A program made the translations under genes and the position numbers. DNA of 64,000 nt from Salpingoeca rosetta. Lineage: Eukaryota > Protista > Choanoflagellata. The stretch lies in assembly GCA_033442325.1 (NCBI GenBank), contig JAWQFM010000027.1, forward strand, positions 997,047 to 1,061,046, given 5' to 3'. The stretch's first letter is position 1. Every line of letters starts with the position of its first letter. This document shows positions 52,813 through 64,000 of this stretch, in pieces. The notes under the pieces were generated by a model. The model was not told the origin of the DNA, made no database searches, and worked only from the letters and a program-made list of their open reading frames with translations.

Positions 52813-55800
52813 ATGCGTCAGGCAACCAAGTATGTGAACGTGGGACGCGGTGTCCTGTTTGTGGTGACAGTGCTGTCGGTTGTTGCTGTTGCTGTCTTGT
52901 TGTGGGTGTGGATGTGGACTCCCTTCTTTCCTTCTTCTTGTGGCACAAGGATGTGTGCAGGGGGCTGTGGGTCTGCTGAAAGTGGTGGTTTCGTCGTCGT
53001 CAGGCCGTCGTTGTTGTGCTTGGCTGACGTGAGCATGTGCTGTTCTCTTGTGATTGGACAAGGCAGTGGCCTGCAGAAACCTAACGACGCTCTTGAGAGT
53101 GCACTGGCAACACGTGCCGCTGACACACGCACACCACAAGGCAAGCGACAAGCAGTGTCACTCACGGCCACCTGCGAGGTGGGTGCAATCACACCTCCGC
53201 TCATGTGTATGTTGTGCATGTGTGTGTGTGTGTATCAGTGCACGGTGGTGATCCGATATCCAAACCACAACCACTGCTGTCACTGCTGCTGCCTTGCTGC
53301 TGCTGGTGCTGCTGCTGTTGGCACGTGTATTCTCACGGTTGCATCGTCTCTTCCTCCCACGCAAACAACAAACAGACAGGAATCGGCAAGTGAGAGTGGC
53401 GGAGACCAAGGCACCAGCAACACAGAAGGCCGCGTTTGAGTGGGACGCACCTCCACAGCGGTACCGGGCGAGCAATCACAGCATTTGCGCTGACATCGGT
53501 CAGTCTTCTCTCGTGATTACAGTCACACGTCATTCATCCCCCAGTTTGCCATCAAGTCAGTTTACATGGCATGCACGCTGTAGGTGCTCATCACCTGCCC
53601 CATGCACACGTGGTTTTCACACACACACACACCCCACAACAGCCCGCTTGCGCGGCATCATCTCGCTGGACATGAGTGTTGGGGATGATGATGGAATGCC
53701 CCCGTCTCATCATGTCTCATCATGACAGTGAGCGACGTGTGTGTGTGTGTGTGTTTCTCGTTTCGCTCGGCAACCGTGTGATGACGGCTTATCACTCTTG
53801 CGCACGTTCCCTCGCTCACTGCAACACCCATCTCGCTACTGTTAACGACCAGGTTGCCATCCACTGGATGCCCTTGGTTGCGTCGATGGGGCAGAGTGTT
53901 GGTGACATTGGCAAGATGCTGCTCGTGGCGGGACAGAGCGAATGCTTTCAAAAGTATGCGCACACTGTATGTGTAAGCGTGTGTGAATATGTGTCGTCGA
54001 CGTGGTCATTCTGCCATGCGTCTGCTGTGGGTTCTTTGCTTGCAATCGTTTGATCTTGTGCTACGATGTGTTGTCCTGATCTCTGTTCCTCGTGTGTGTT
54101 TGGGCCACAGGGTACGCCTTCAGCTGAAGAGAGGAAGGGGAGGCGCTGCTCCGGCACAAGGATGATGGTGACATGAGGTGCGACCACCGAATTGTGTTTT
54201 TGTTACGGGTGCATTGCCGCCGCCGCCGCTGCTGCTGCTGCTGCTGCTGGTGGTGGAGGTGTGCACACTGAANNNNNNNNNNNNNNNNNNNNNNNNNNNN
54301 NNNNNNNNNNNNNNNNNNNNNNNNNNNNNNNNNNNNNNNNNNNNNNNNNNNNNNNNNNNNNNNNNNNNNNNNNNNNNNNNNNNNNNNNNNNNNNNNNNNN
54401 NNNNNNNNNNNNNNNNNNNNNNNNNNNNGTGTGTGTATGTGTGTGTGTACCCGTATGTGTGTGTGTGTGCGTGTGTGTGCAGCAGTTCGTTGCAGATATC
54501 TCCCAACACTCCCCCCATCCCCTTTCATCCGCGCGTCTCACCACACAACAAACGCAGCCATCGTCTCCACCACAACCACCACTGTTACCAGAACGCACTG
54601 CCCCGAGATGCCGCTGCACTATCGCACTGCCAATGACGGCCCTGATGTCAGCGATCACCGCACGGCATATCCGTCGATCCTCTTCGCACGTGCCCATCGT
54701 TCAAGGTGAAGACCTGCCAACACAGCAACAGCAACAGCAACGGCGTGGAATGGCGTGCAACCGAAGCATGATGACCTCACACTCTCTGCCTGCTTGTGTG
54801 TTATGATTGCGTGTTCATGCGTGCGTGCATCTATGGCAGGTGTACGTGTATCCTCTGACTGCTGATGAAGAAGCCACCTCTGCCAGCCATCTACCGCGCC
54901 ATCCGAACCGCCATCCGTGACGGCCCATACAGCACCGATGACCTGTCCAAGGCTTGCCTCTTCGTTCCAAGCACAGACGTACCGTGCTGGTGTGTGTGTG
55001 TGTGTGTGTTTGTGTTTGTGTTGTGTGTGTGTGTGTGTCGCGTCGGTGCAGATGCACGGGCTTCCACAGCCGTCACCATCACCACCACCACCTCATAATT
55101 GTGTGTGCGTGCTTGTGACTGAAAGATTGCATGCACGACAAGTACTCTGACAACATTGAGTCGATTCATCCCGTGAGCGCAGCCATCGAGCGCAATCTCT
55201 CCAGCTGAGGTGGTGGTTTGTTGTTGCTTGTAGTGCTGGTGGTGCTGGTGGTGCTTGTGGTTCTTGGTGTCGTGCGTGTGAGAGGACCTGTGTTCATGGC
55301 TGCCTTCCAAACACACACACACACACACACACACACAACAATACATGTGATGCATGGCAGACTTGCGTATTGGAATGAGGGCCGCAACCACATCCTGTTT
55401 GAGTACAGCGACGCACCATGTCTCCCCTGGGATGCAGAACACGGCATTCTTGCAAAGGTACAATGTGTATGTGTGTGTTGGAACATGACTGTGCGTGCCT
55501 GCGCTCACCATCTACGACTGCTGTTGCTTGCCGCCTTGTTTCGCATCACCACCTGCATCAGGTTGGCCTGAGCGAATTCCACCATCGCAATGGCCTCGGT
55601 GTGTCCATGCCACTCTGCTCCCTGGACGGCATTCATTCACACCGGAGTAACGACGCGTTCCGCCCGCACAAACAGGAAATACCTCGTCATCTTCAGGTCT
55701 GTGCATGTGTGCATGCGTGCGTGTTGTGACGTGGTGTGATGTGGGGTTCAATGTTCACTGCTGCTGCTGCTGGGTTTTGAGAGGTTGGTGTCGCTTAATG

Positions 55801-56305
55801 CACCACCACTCGCCCTTCTTGTGCCACTGCGATCTCACTCCAAACCTGTCGGGGTGCCGCTGCTTGACATGTGTCTTCTTTCCCTGTTGTGCAGGGGCAC
55901 CACCAAATCTGCTCGCTCTCATGTCATGCGCAACCACCTCCCCAAGCTGCACAACGGTAGGTGTGGTGTGCTACGCGTGTGATGTGTTGTGTGTTATCGT
56001 GTGTTCCGTGTGTGTGTCGTGCGTTGCCTTGGCATCAACAGATTTTGGTGCTGCGTGTGTGTCTGTCTGAATCCACCTCACACACACACACACACATCGC
56101 CTGTGTTTGTGCGTTTGCAGGGACATTGTGTTGGTGTGCGCGTGCCAGTGGTTTGGCGAGGAGCGCATGGGCCGTGAGGGGGAAGATGGGATATGACCCC
56201 TCGTGCACGCAGGCAGAGGAAGAGTTCAACAAGTACGCGTGCACGGATCTCGAGCTGAAGACCAAGTTTGGGCTCATCGGGGAAGGATTTGGCGACCACT
56301 CCTTC

Positions 56306-56392
<87 letters not shown>

Positions 56393-56538
56393 GCAGATGA
56401 TTTCGGTCCTGTTCGTGCTCTCACCCGCCTTCCATCTCCTGTCACCCCCCTTCATTCCTCATAGATCATGGCTGCGGGTGCCATCCCGTCATTGTCGTCG
56501 ACCACTACGTGCTGGTGCGTATGGATGAATGGCACATG

Positions 56539-56571
<33 letters not shown>

Positions 56572-56609
56572 CGCGTGTGTGTGTGTGTGTGTGTGCGTGT
56601 GTGTGCGTG

Positions 56610-56672
<63 letters not shown>

Positions 56673-57168
56673 GTGTGTGCGTGTGTGTGCGTGTGTGTGT
56701 GTGTGTGTGTGGAAATGTACCCCTCCCGTCGCTCATGGCGCTGCGATGTGATGTTGTGGCGTTTGCTTTTTGCATTCTTGCAGCCCTACCAGGACCTGCT
56801 GGACTGGGAGACGTTCAGCATTCGCATTCCCCGAGCACAGGCTCCTTGAGGTGTGGTGACAGATCGTTGATATGGGCATGTGAAGTGATGCGTGAGCGGG
56901 TGATGTAGTTTGATGGGGATTGTGGTTGTGATGGCTTGCATGGCACGTCGCTTACACACTCACGCACGATCACACACACACACACACACACATACAACTG
57001 CGGTTAGCTTCCGAAGATCCTGGGGGCCGATCCCCTGAAGGAGGGGGGGGAAAATAAAGGTGATGTAGTTTGATGGGGATTGTGGTTGTGATGGCTTGCA
57101 TGGCACGTCGCTTACACACTCACGCACGATCACACACACACACACACACACATACAACTGCGGTTAGC

Positions 57169-57217
<49 letters not shown>

Positions 57218-57541
57218 CTCTGCGTTCAGCTTCCGAGGATCCTGCGGTCGATCCCTGATGAGGTGGTGGAGATGATGCCGAAACGCGTTGTGTTGTGTTT
57301 GAGAAGTTCTTCAAGTCCCTCTCCACCCAAGTGCACACAGGTGAGGGAGCGAGTCATTGGCACAGGGAGTTGTGGAGTGTGGCAACGTGTGCGGTGCAGT
57401 GTGTGCGTTGTTCGCTTGTTCTCGTGTCCATTTAACCAACTCTCACCATCTGCCACTCGTGTGTCTTGTCTGTGTTGTTTGCTACTGTCAGCGCTGGAGT
57501 CTGCCAGGATCAACCTTTTCAGCGGCGACAACGCGTGGCAG
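52813..57541 (+). pseudogene. Exostosin (GT47) glycosyltransferase gene with multiple frameshifts
   Basis: Signal anchor MRQATKYVNVGRGVLFVVTVLSVVAVAVL. EXT-like blocks FK/VYVYP, IYRAIRTAIRDGPYSTDDLSKACLFVP, LAYWNEGRNHILF, VSMPL..RKYLVIFRG, LHNGRDIVLV, KFGLI..GFG.HSFR, AAGAIPVIV and PYQDLLDW. These need frame changes near 54888, 55630, 56190, 56487, 56831 and 57294. Confidence 0.8.
56899..57260. repeat. 160-bp direct duplication inside the GT47 locus; the first copy ends in a corrupted version of the next exon
   Basis: ggtgatgtagtttgatggggattgtgg...cggttagcttc occurs at about 56899 and 57059. The first copy continues gcttccgaagatcctgggggccgatcccctgaagg, versus the clean gcttccgaggatcctgcggtcgatccctgatgagg at about 57229. 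Confidence 0.85.
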
Positions 57542-59494
57542 GTGTGTGTGTGTGTGTATGTGTGTGTGTGTGTGTATGTGTGTGTGTGTGTGTGCGTGTG
57601 TGTCGACGTGCGTGTTCTCTTCTCCACCCATCCACACGCCGTCATCACCACCTCCTCATTTTCTCATGTGTGTTTGCTGACATCCTTCCCTTCCCATCCT
57701 CAACACCGGCACCAATACCACCCTCCACGCTTGCTTCTCCTTCCTTCTGCTGTCGCCACACATAGGGCCCTTGAGCCAGCAGATGTCACCCCTCCTGCAC
57801 CAACCACCACTGCTCTGATGGGATGAACAGACGAGCGCTGCCATGCGATGACCATCCAGCCACGCTTGTGCGGCTGTGGAAGCAGCAACACCAACACACA
57901 CAAACAAGCAAGCGATGAGCAACGTGAGTGCATCTCTGCACATGCATGCGTGTGTGTGATGAGCACAGCACCAGTGCGCGTGTCTGTGATCGCTGTCTTT
58001 GTTGCTCCTGTCTCTCCCCCTTGTTATCCCACATCAACGTGTACATGTGTGTGTGGTGGCTGCCTGTTTTGCCTTGCTTGATGCGCTGTCTCATTCGTCG
58101 TTCTCACACACAACTGCCTGCACACCTGCACATTCTCCAACTTGCAGTCACTGCTCGTCTTTCCCGCTCTTTCTCGCCCTCCCTGACGGCCATCACAACA
58201 ACAACAACAGCAGCAGCAGCCAACACACCCTCCACCGCCGATGCTGCAGAGATGTGCAGGAGGAGGTGGACGCGACCACCACCATCACTTGCTGCTGAAC
58301 ACATTCCCCAACCAACAAACCTATCGCCCGCTGCTGCTGCTGGCGGAAGCTGGCTGTTTGCAGCTGGGAACAGGTGGCGACAGCACAAGTTGCATTTTCG
58401 GCAGCAGCAGGTGAGGGCGAGAAGCAAAGAGGGAAAACGGAGAGGAGATGTGTGTTGGCTGGATGGATGGATGGATGGATGAGGTGGGGTGGGGGATGCT
58501 GGGTGAGTGTGGTGTGGCTGGCTGGCTGGTGACAGAGGACAGTGGTGGTGTTGTGAGGAAGAGGAAGGTATGGATGGATGGGAGGGGGTGCAGCATGTCT
58601 TGTTCCTTCCCTTTTGTTTTCTGTTTTCTCCCTCTTCCCTTTCTTCTTCACACACATGCATGCACAACATCAGCAGTGGCAGCAGCAGTGTAGCTGTGCA
58701 CATATTCATGCTCCCTCTTCCCTCCCACTCACTCACCGTGCTGGGGCTCGCACACAACCACGCTCACAGGCGATGCACACGCACAAGCAGCAGGATGAGG
58801 GAAATGTCGAGGATACTTGCCACGCGTGCCAGGTGCACTCGCCTCACACATGGTATGTGGGTGGTGATGAGTGGTTGTTGGTTGTGTGATGGAGTGTGGG
58901 GATGGGGTTGTGGTGATGGGGTGAAGTGAACAAGAGGAAGAGGGGTTGATGGGGGGGATGATGGACACACACATCGACACACACGCACACACGTGGTGCG
59001 TGTGATGTCAATCACTCGTTCTGCTGTGCTGACATGATGGCTTGCTCTGTGCCTGTTGTGTTGTGTTCCCATCCACGTTCCCTGCAACCACACACACACA
59101 CACATATGCACAGGTGGTGAGGTAGCAGCACACATCAGGATGTTGATGGAAGCGGGCTCGCATGCCGGCTGCTGCTGTGTTCATGCAGTGTTCCCATATG
59201 CGTGAGCAAGGTGAGTCCATTATGGATGCTTTGGTTGGCACATGGCGCGTGTGTTGTTGTTGTTGCTCTGGGTGTGCTTGTTGTTGCTGCTGCTGTGCCT
59301 GGTGTATCAGCATAGCTGCGCCGCTCACATGTCATGCGTGTTTGTGGCTGCTGGGGCGAATGCGTGAGGATCGTTGGAGGATGATGGGCGGTGCACACAT
59401 GATGGGTTGGGAGGAGCAGCTGTGGACACACACGTCCATGGTCATGGTGGGCACATCCAACCACAGCGACGCAATCATGTGCAGGTGCGTGTGC

Positions 59495-59607
<113 letters not shown>

Positions 59608-61226
59608 GTGATGGTGGGGCGAACAGGAGGAAAGCAAAAGAGAGGGGGCAGCAGGAAGGTGAACACGCTTGCTGTGCTCACATGCCATACCCGTGCCTTG
59701 TGTGTGATGGTATCGTTGTGTCTTGTCGTTGTGTGTTGGTTGCATGCGCACCAGGGCCACATCAGAGGAGGGGAAAGCAGCCGCCATGAATGACCCATCA
59801 TCATCATCAACCTTCCCCATTTCTCTCTTCTTCTTCTTCTTCTCTTCCAACTCAGCTCGGCCGCCGTCATCACCATCATCGCCATCATCGCCATCGACTG
59901 CACAGCCGCCATCACACTCCGGCCGACACCAGCCCCAATCTGGCGTGAGGCAAACATTGCACGTGTCAGTCGCTCTGACGAAGAGGTGAGCAATGTGCGT
60001 GTGTGTGTGTGCATGGTGGTGGGATGAGTGGGGACAACATGTGTGCGTGTGGTTGTGTGTCAATGCTTGTGGTTCGATGGGGCTGGCGTGTGGTTGATGA
60101 TGCTTCGCTGTCAACCTCACCCCCTGCATTCCCTCCCTTCTTGTGTCTGTGCACACACACAATTCACAGCGTTGAGGAGGCACATGAAGCTGTGGAACCA
60201 ACGACGATGACGATGACGAGTGATGGAGGTGAGACGGGCGACTGAGATGTGTGCGTGTGTGTGTGTGTGTTGGTTGACATGTTGTGCTTCCTTCTTCGCC
60301 TCCCTCTTTCCTTGTCTGTTCTGTCCACTCATGAGTCTCTTCTTCCTCTCTTCCTTTCCCTTTTTCGATTGATTTGGACACAGGCCCATGCATTCCGTCT
60401 CCATCCAACCGACCGACCAAGCAGCCGAGCGAGCGAGCAAAGGACACGGCGTGGCAAGGGGCCGTTTGTTTTCACCGTTTCCACCAACACCACCAGCAGC
60501 AGCAGCTGATGGCTGGCTGCATTGGATGAGCCGGCCCCCCGTCTCTCGTCCATCTCCATCTTCTCCTCCTCCTCATCATTGGTTACCAACAGCAGCGGCT
60601 GCTGCCGTGGATGTGGAGGTGAGATAAATGGCGGGGGGGGGGTGGTGGTGGTGACGTGGGTGGTGTGTGATGTGTTGGGTGTGAGCATCAGCATGTAAAT
60701 GTGTGTGATTGTGAAGTGCTGGTTGGATGTCGTTGGGTCTGTTGGTGCTGGCAATGGGTGTGGCTGTCGTTGACAGCCTGATTCTGAGACAACTCACCTC
60801 TTTCTCCACGCGCGCACACGTACAGGGTGTAATGTGCGTCGATGTGCTGTTGCCTCACATGACGCTGGTGGTGGTGAGTGGTTTGTGGTGGATGTACACG
60901 GCGCACGCACACGCATGTGCAGATGTGATGCTTGTGGTAGTGGTGGTGGGGGTGTCTGTGTGGGGATGTGACATGTGCATGCACGGGTGGTGATGTGGGT
61001 GATGTGAATGTGGCACAAGGAGGTGGATGTGGTTTGTTTCTGCCATACTGGCTCACTGCGTGGTGTTGTTGTTGCTGATTTGGTTCTTTGTGCTTGCGCA
61101 TGTGTACATGTGTGTGATTTGCACAGCACGGTGGCCGTTCTCTTCCCAAGTCCTCATGACACGAGCAGGGCGATACACGCACACACGAATGTGCCAGAAA
61201 AGAAGGCGCAAGGTGAGACGATCGCG

Positions 61227-61292
<66 letters not shown>

Positions 61293-64000
61293 TGATGGCG
61301 TGGTATGATACATTCGCACGCACATACACACGCACGTACACGCATGTACACATGCATGCCAACACCAGAGCTGACATTGGCTGTGGGGTGGTTGCACTGA
61401 CGTGTGTCTCACATGAATCAATCACACAACCCAATGTGTGTGTGTGTGTGTGTGTGCAGGCGGACGTTGTGTGGGTTTCCCCAACCGAATCCCCTTCCTT
61501 CTTTTCCCAACCAATCGCCTCTGCTCTGTGTCATCATCATCATCAGCCTTCCTCATGTGATGTAGAGCTGTTGAGGCGTGATCGAGACTGCGGCCAACAC
61601 AGGTATTGCAGCAGTGGTGGATGTGGTGCATGTGGTGATATTTTGTGCCTGCCTGCTGGCTCGCTTGGTTGCTTGCTTGTTGGGTGCTTGCTTCGTTGGT
61701 CTTGTGTGTAGGTGACGCACCCCGCCCACATCATGCTGCATATTCCCATGCGTGGTCCCTTGTGGCCCTCCTTTCCTGTCCTCACCATCACCGGTCATTG
61801 TTGTTCATCTCTGGTTGGTTTCTTCTTGCCTCACAGGCATTCACGCAGGCAGGCTGCTGCTGCTTGCTGGTGCTGCTGTGATGATGGCCGTGCGCGTGCA
61901 TGTGCGCTGTGCACCGTGTTTGGGCTGCACCGATGAAGACAAGGAAGGACACGGCCCGTGCCCACCACCCTTCCCCCCTTCATGTCCTCTTTCAGCTCCA
62001 TCAGCGATGACGATGGTGGCCGTGGCATGTGATTGCGCTTCCCTTTTTCTGGCTTTGCTGTGGCACATTGACTGGCTGGCTGGCTGGCTGCATCAAGCAC
62101 AGGTGAGGATGATTGTTAGCGGTTGATTGGTTGGTGGGCTGTGTTGTGTGGAGTGGTGGAAACAGGGAAGGGGGAAGTGACACGGTGATGGTGGTGATGG
62201 TGGTGGTGCGATGTGGGAGTGCAGAACCAAAGGAGGGAGGGGAAACGAAGTGATAGGAGGGCGATGATGTTGGTTGGGGGATGGGATGGGGGTGCGTGTG
62301 CACATGCACGTGAAATCGTGTGGTGGTGGTATCACATGGCAATGAGACACATATCAGCGGCTCATTCCTTTTGCTTGCACCTGTGTGATTGTGATTGTGT
62401 GATTGTGATGAAGACTGCAGCAGGCAACACACGGCGGTGATGCTGGATTGGATTGGCTGGTGTTGACTGGCCATCGTGTCGTGTCACCCATTTTTCTCCC
62501 TCCCCTTGCTCATCTCAACCGGGGACACACACAGCGATGTGTGTGCATGTGTGCGTGTGTGCATGTGTGTGCATCGCCATCAATCACGCCGACAGCGACA
62601 CGATGCACGAGGTGAGGGCACGCAATGGTGTGTGTGTGTGTGTTTGGTGGAAGGGGTTCGGGGGGAACTGGGAGGAAGGCGTTCATCATGGCCATTATCA
62701 CCACCACGGCTGTGTATCTGGTCATGTGACCGTGCATTTGGGGGATGGAGATGAGGGGAGAGATGATGTCGTTGTGGTGGTTGTGGTGGTTGTGGTTGCA
62801 TTGCTGTGTATGCGTGTGCGTGGTGCGCTGTCTCACTCTGCAATGCCATGTGTGACTGTGTGTGTGACTGCAGATGTGCGTGCGCGTGTGCGCATTTGCC
62901 AGGCAGATGCGTTGATCGACGACGAGGTGTGTGTGTGTGTGTGATTGTGGTTGACCTTTGTGTGCTTGTGCCCTCACACAACGCACAACACCAAGCACAT
63001 CATCATCATTCCACCTCGTGTGTAGTTATTGTCCACTCATGCATGGCATGCTCACATCCACCCCCTTCCCTTGCTTCTTCTCCTTCTTCCTCTCCTGCTG
63101 CTGCCACCCCTTCCACTGTTTCCCTCCAACCCTCTTTTCACACACGCAGAGAGAGGAACCCATCCACGTCCAACACCCATGCCCACATCCACGCATGACA
63201 CGCCATGGCGAGCTGTGCCACCTCAACCAACTCAACCCAACCCAGGCCAAGCCAAGGAAGAGGGGAAGCAAGGACAGAAGACGTTGGGCTCCCAACAGAT
63301 GTGTGTGCGTGTGTGTTGAAGGACGGTGTTCTCCGTTCCCCCTCCATCACCTCGCTTCGTTCTTCCATGGCGATCTGGCTGGGCGGCTGTTGCCCCCCTC
63401 CCCTTGTTTGTTTTCTCTTCCAGCCTTTTGTGGCTGTTGGTTGTCTGTTGTGACTGTGAGAAGGAGGAGGAGGGAGAGGAAGCGAAGAAGAGAGAAGAGG
63501 AGAGAGAGGAGAGGGTGCGCATGCTGTCCACAACTGTGTGTGTGTGTGTTTGGTTGTTTCTTCTTTTCCATCCCCCTTTCCATCTCCCCTTCTCTTCTTC
63601 CCTCCTCAGCCTGCAAGGCCTGTGAACCTGCGTTGCATTCACACACACAGTGCTGTTCCCCCTTCTCCTTCTTCTTGTCTCATTGAAACCAACCAACCAA
63701 CCAACCAACCAAAGCAAGCAAGCAAGTCCGCCCTTCAACAAGCAAACGCAGAAAGCAAAAGCAGTTGCCGCACAAACGCAGCAGCGGTGCGATTATTTGT
63801 GGCATCTTCCACAAATCGCCCAAACACGAATCAACAATACCAACACACAAACAACAACAAGCGACAATCGAAACGCGAATCAAGGTGCGTGTGCGTGTGT
63901 GTGTTTGAGTGGGAGGTGGTGGGTTGCGTTGTTCGTGTGCGTGGCTGGCGCAGGATTGGTGGAGAGGAGGGAGAGGGTACGCGTTGTGACGGGCACTCAC

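Noticed and set aside
56899-57060. Duplicated intron segment plus variant exon, possibly a mutually exclusive exon
   Set aside because: The first copy degenerates into homopolymer-expanded sequence, the signature of a poor read end assembled in tandem.

Overview
Intron-rich eukaryotic DNA with (CA/GT)n microsatellites in most introns and six N gaps. The repeat style and holozoan gene content suggest a choanoflagellate, probably Salpingoeca rosetta (inference). Almost all short ORFs in the supplied track are microsatellite artefacts, so genes were rebuilt by hand from GT..AG exons. In order: PTEN/auxilin-type phosphatase (5' part, -), ACOT13-type thioesterase (+), strumpellin/WASHC5 (-), LRR-TM-Ser/Thr receptor kinase (+), intronless type II membrane protein with about 30 L-domain-like repeats (-), ATG14-like (+), prohibitin (-), PARG (+, mostly in a gap), DDX27/Drs1 lacking its second RecA domain (-), intronless Gal3ST-family sulfotransferase (-), and a 15-exon, about 1250 aa LRR-Roc-COR-ADP-ribosyltransferase (Roco-PARP) gene (-). 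From about 48.8 kb there are only decayed copies (importin-5, exostosin GT47) and unassignable fragments. The best candidate for an undescribed system is the Roco-PARP gene. Its LRR sensor is ten 84-nt phase-2 exons, separated mostly by homologous introns in non-periodic order. Each intron splits a hypervariable LxxLxLxxN strand, and the strand halves appear to move together with their intron. The sensor is coupled through a GTPase switch to an intact H-Y-E ART domain, which suggests a recombination-diversified, NLR-like immune receptor with an ADP-ribosylation output. All family calls come from recognised motifs; no database search was run.
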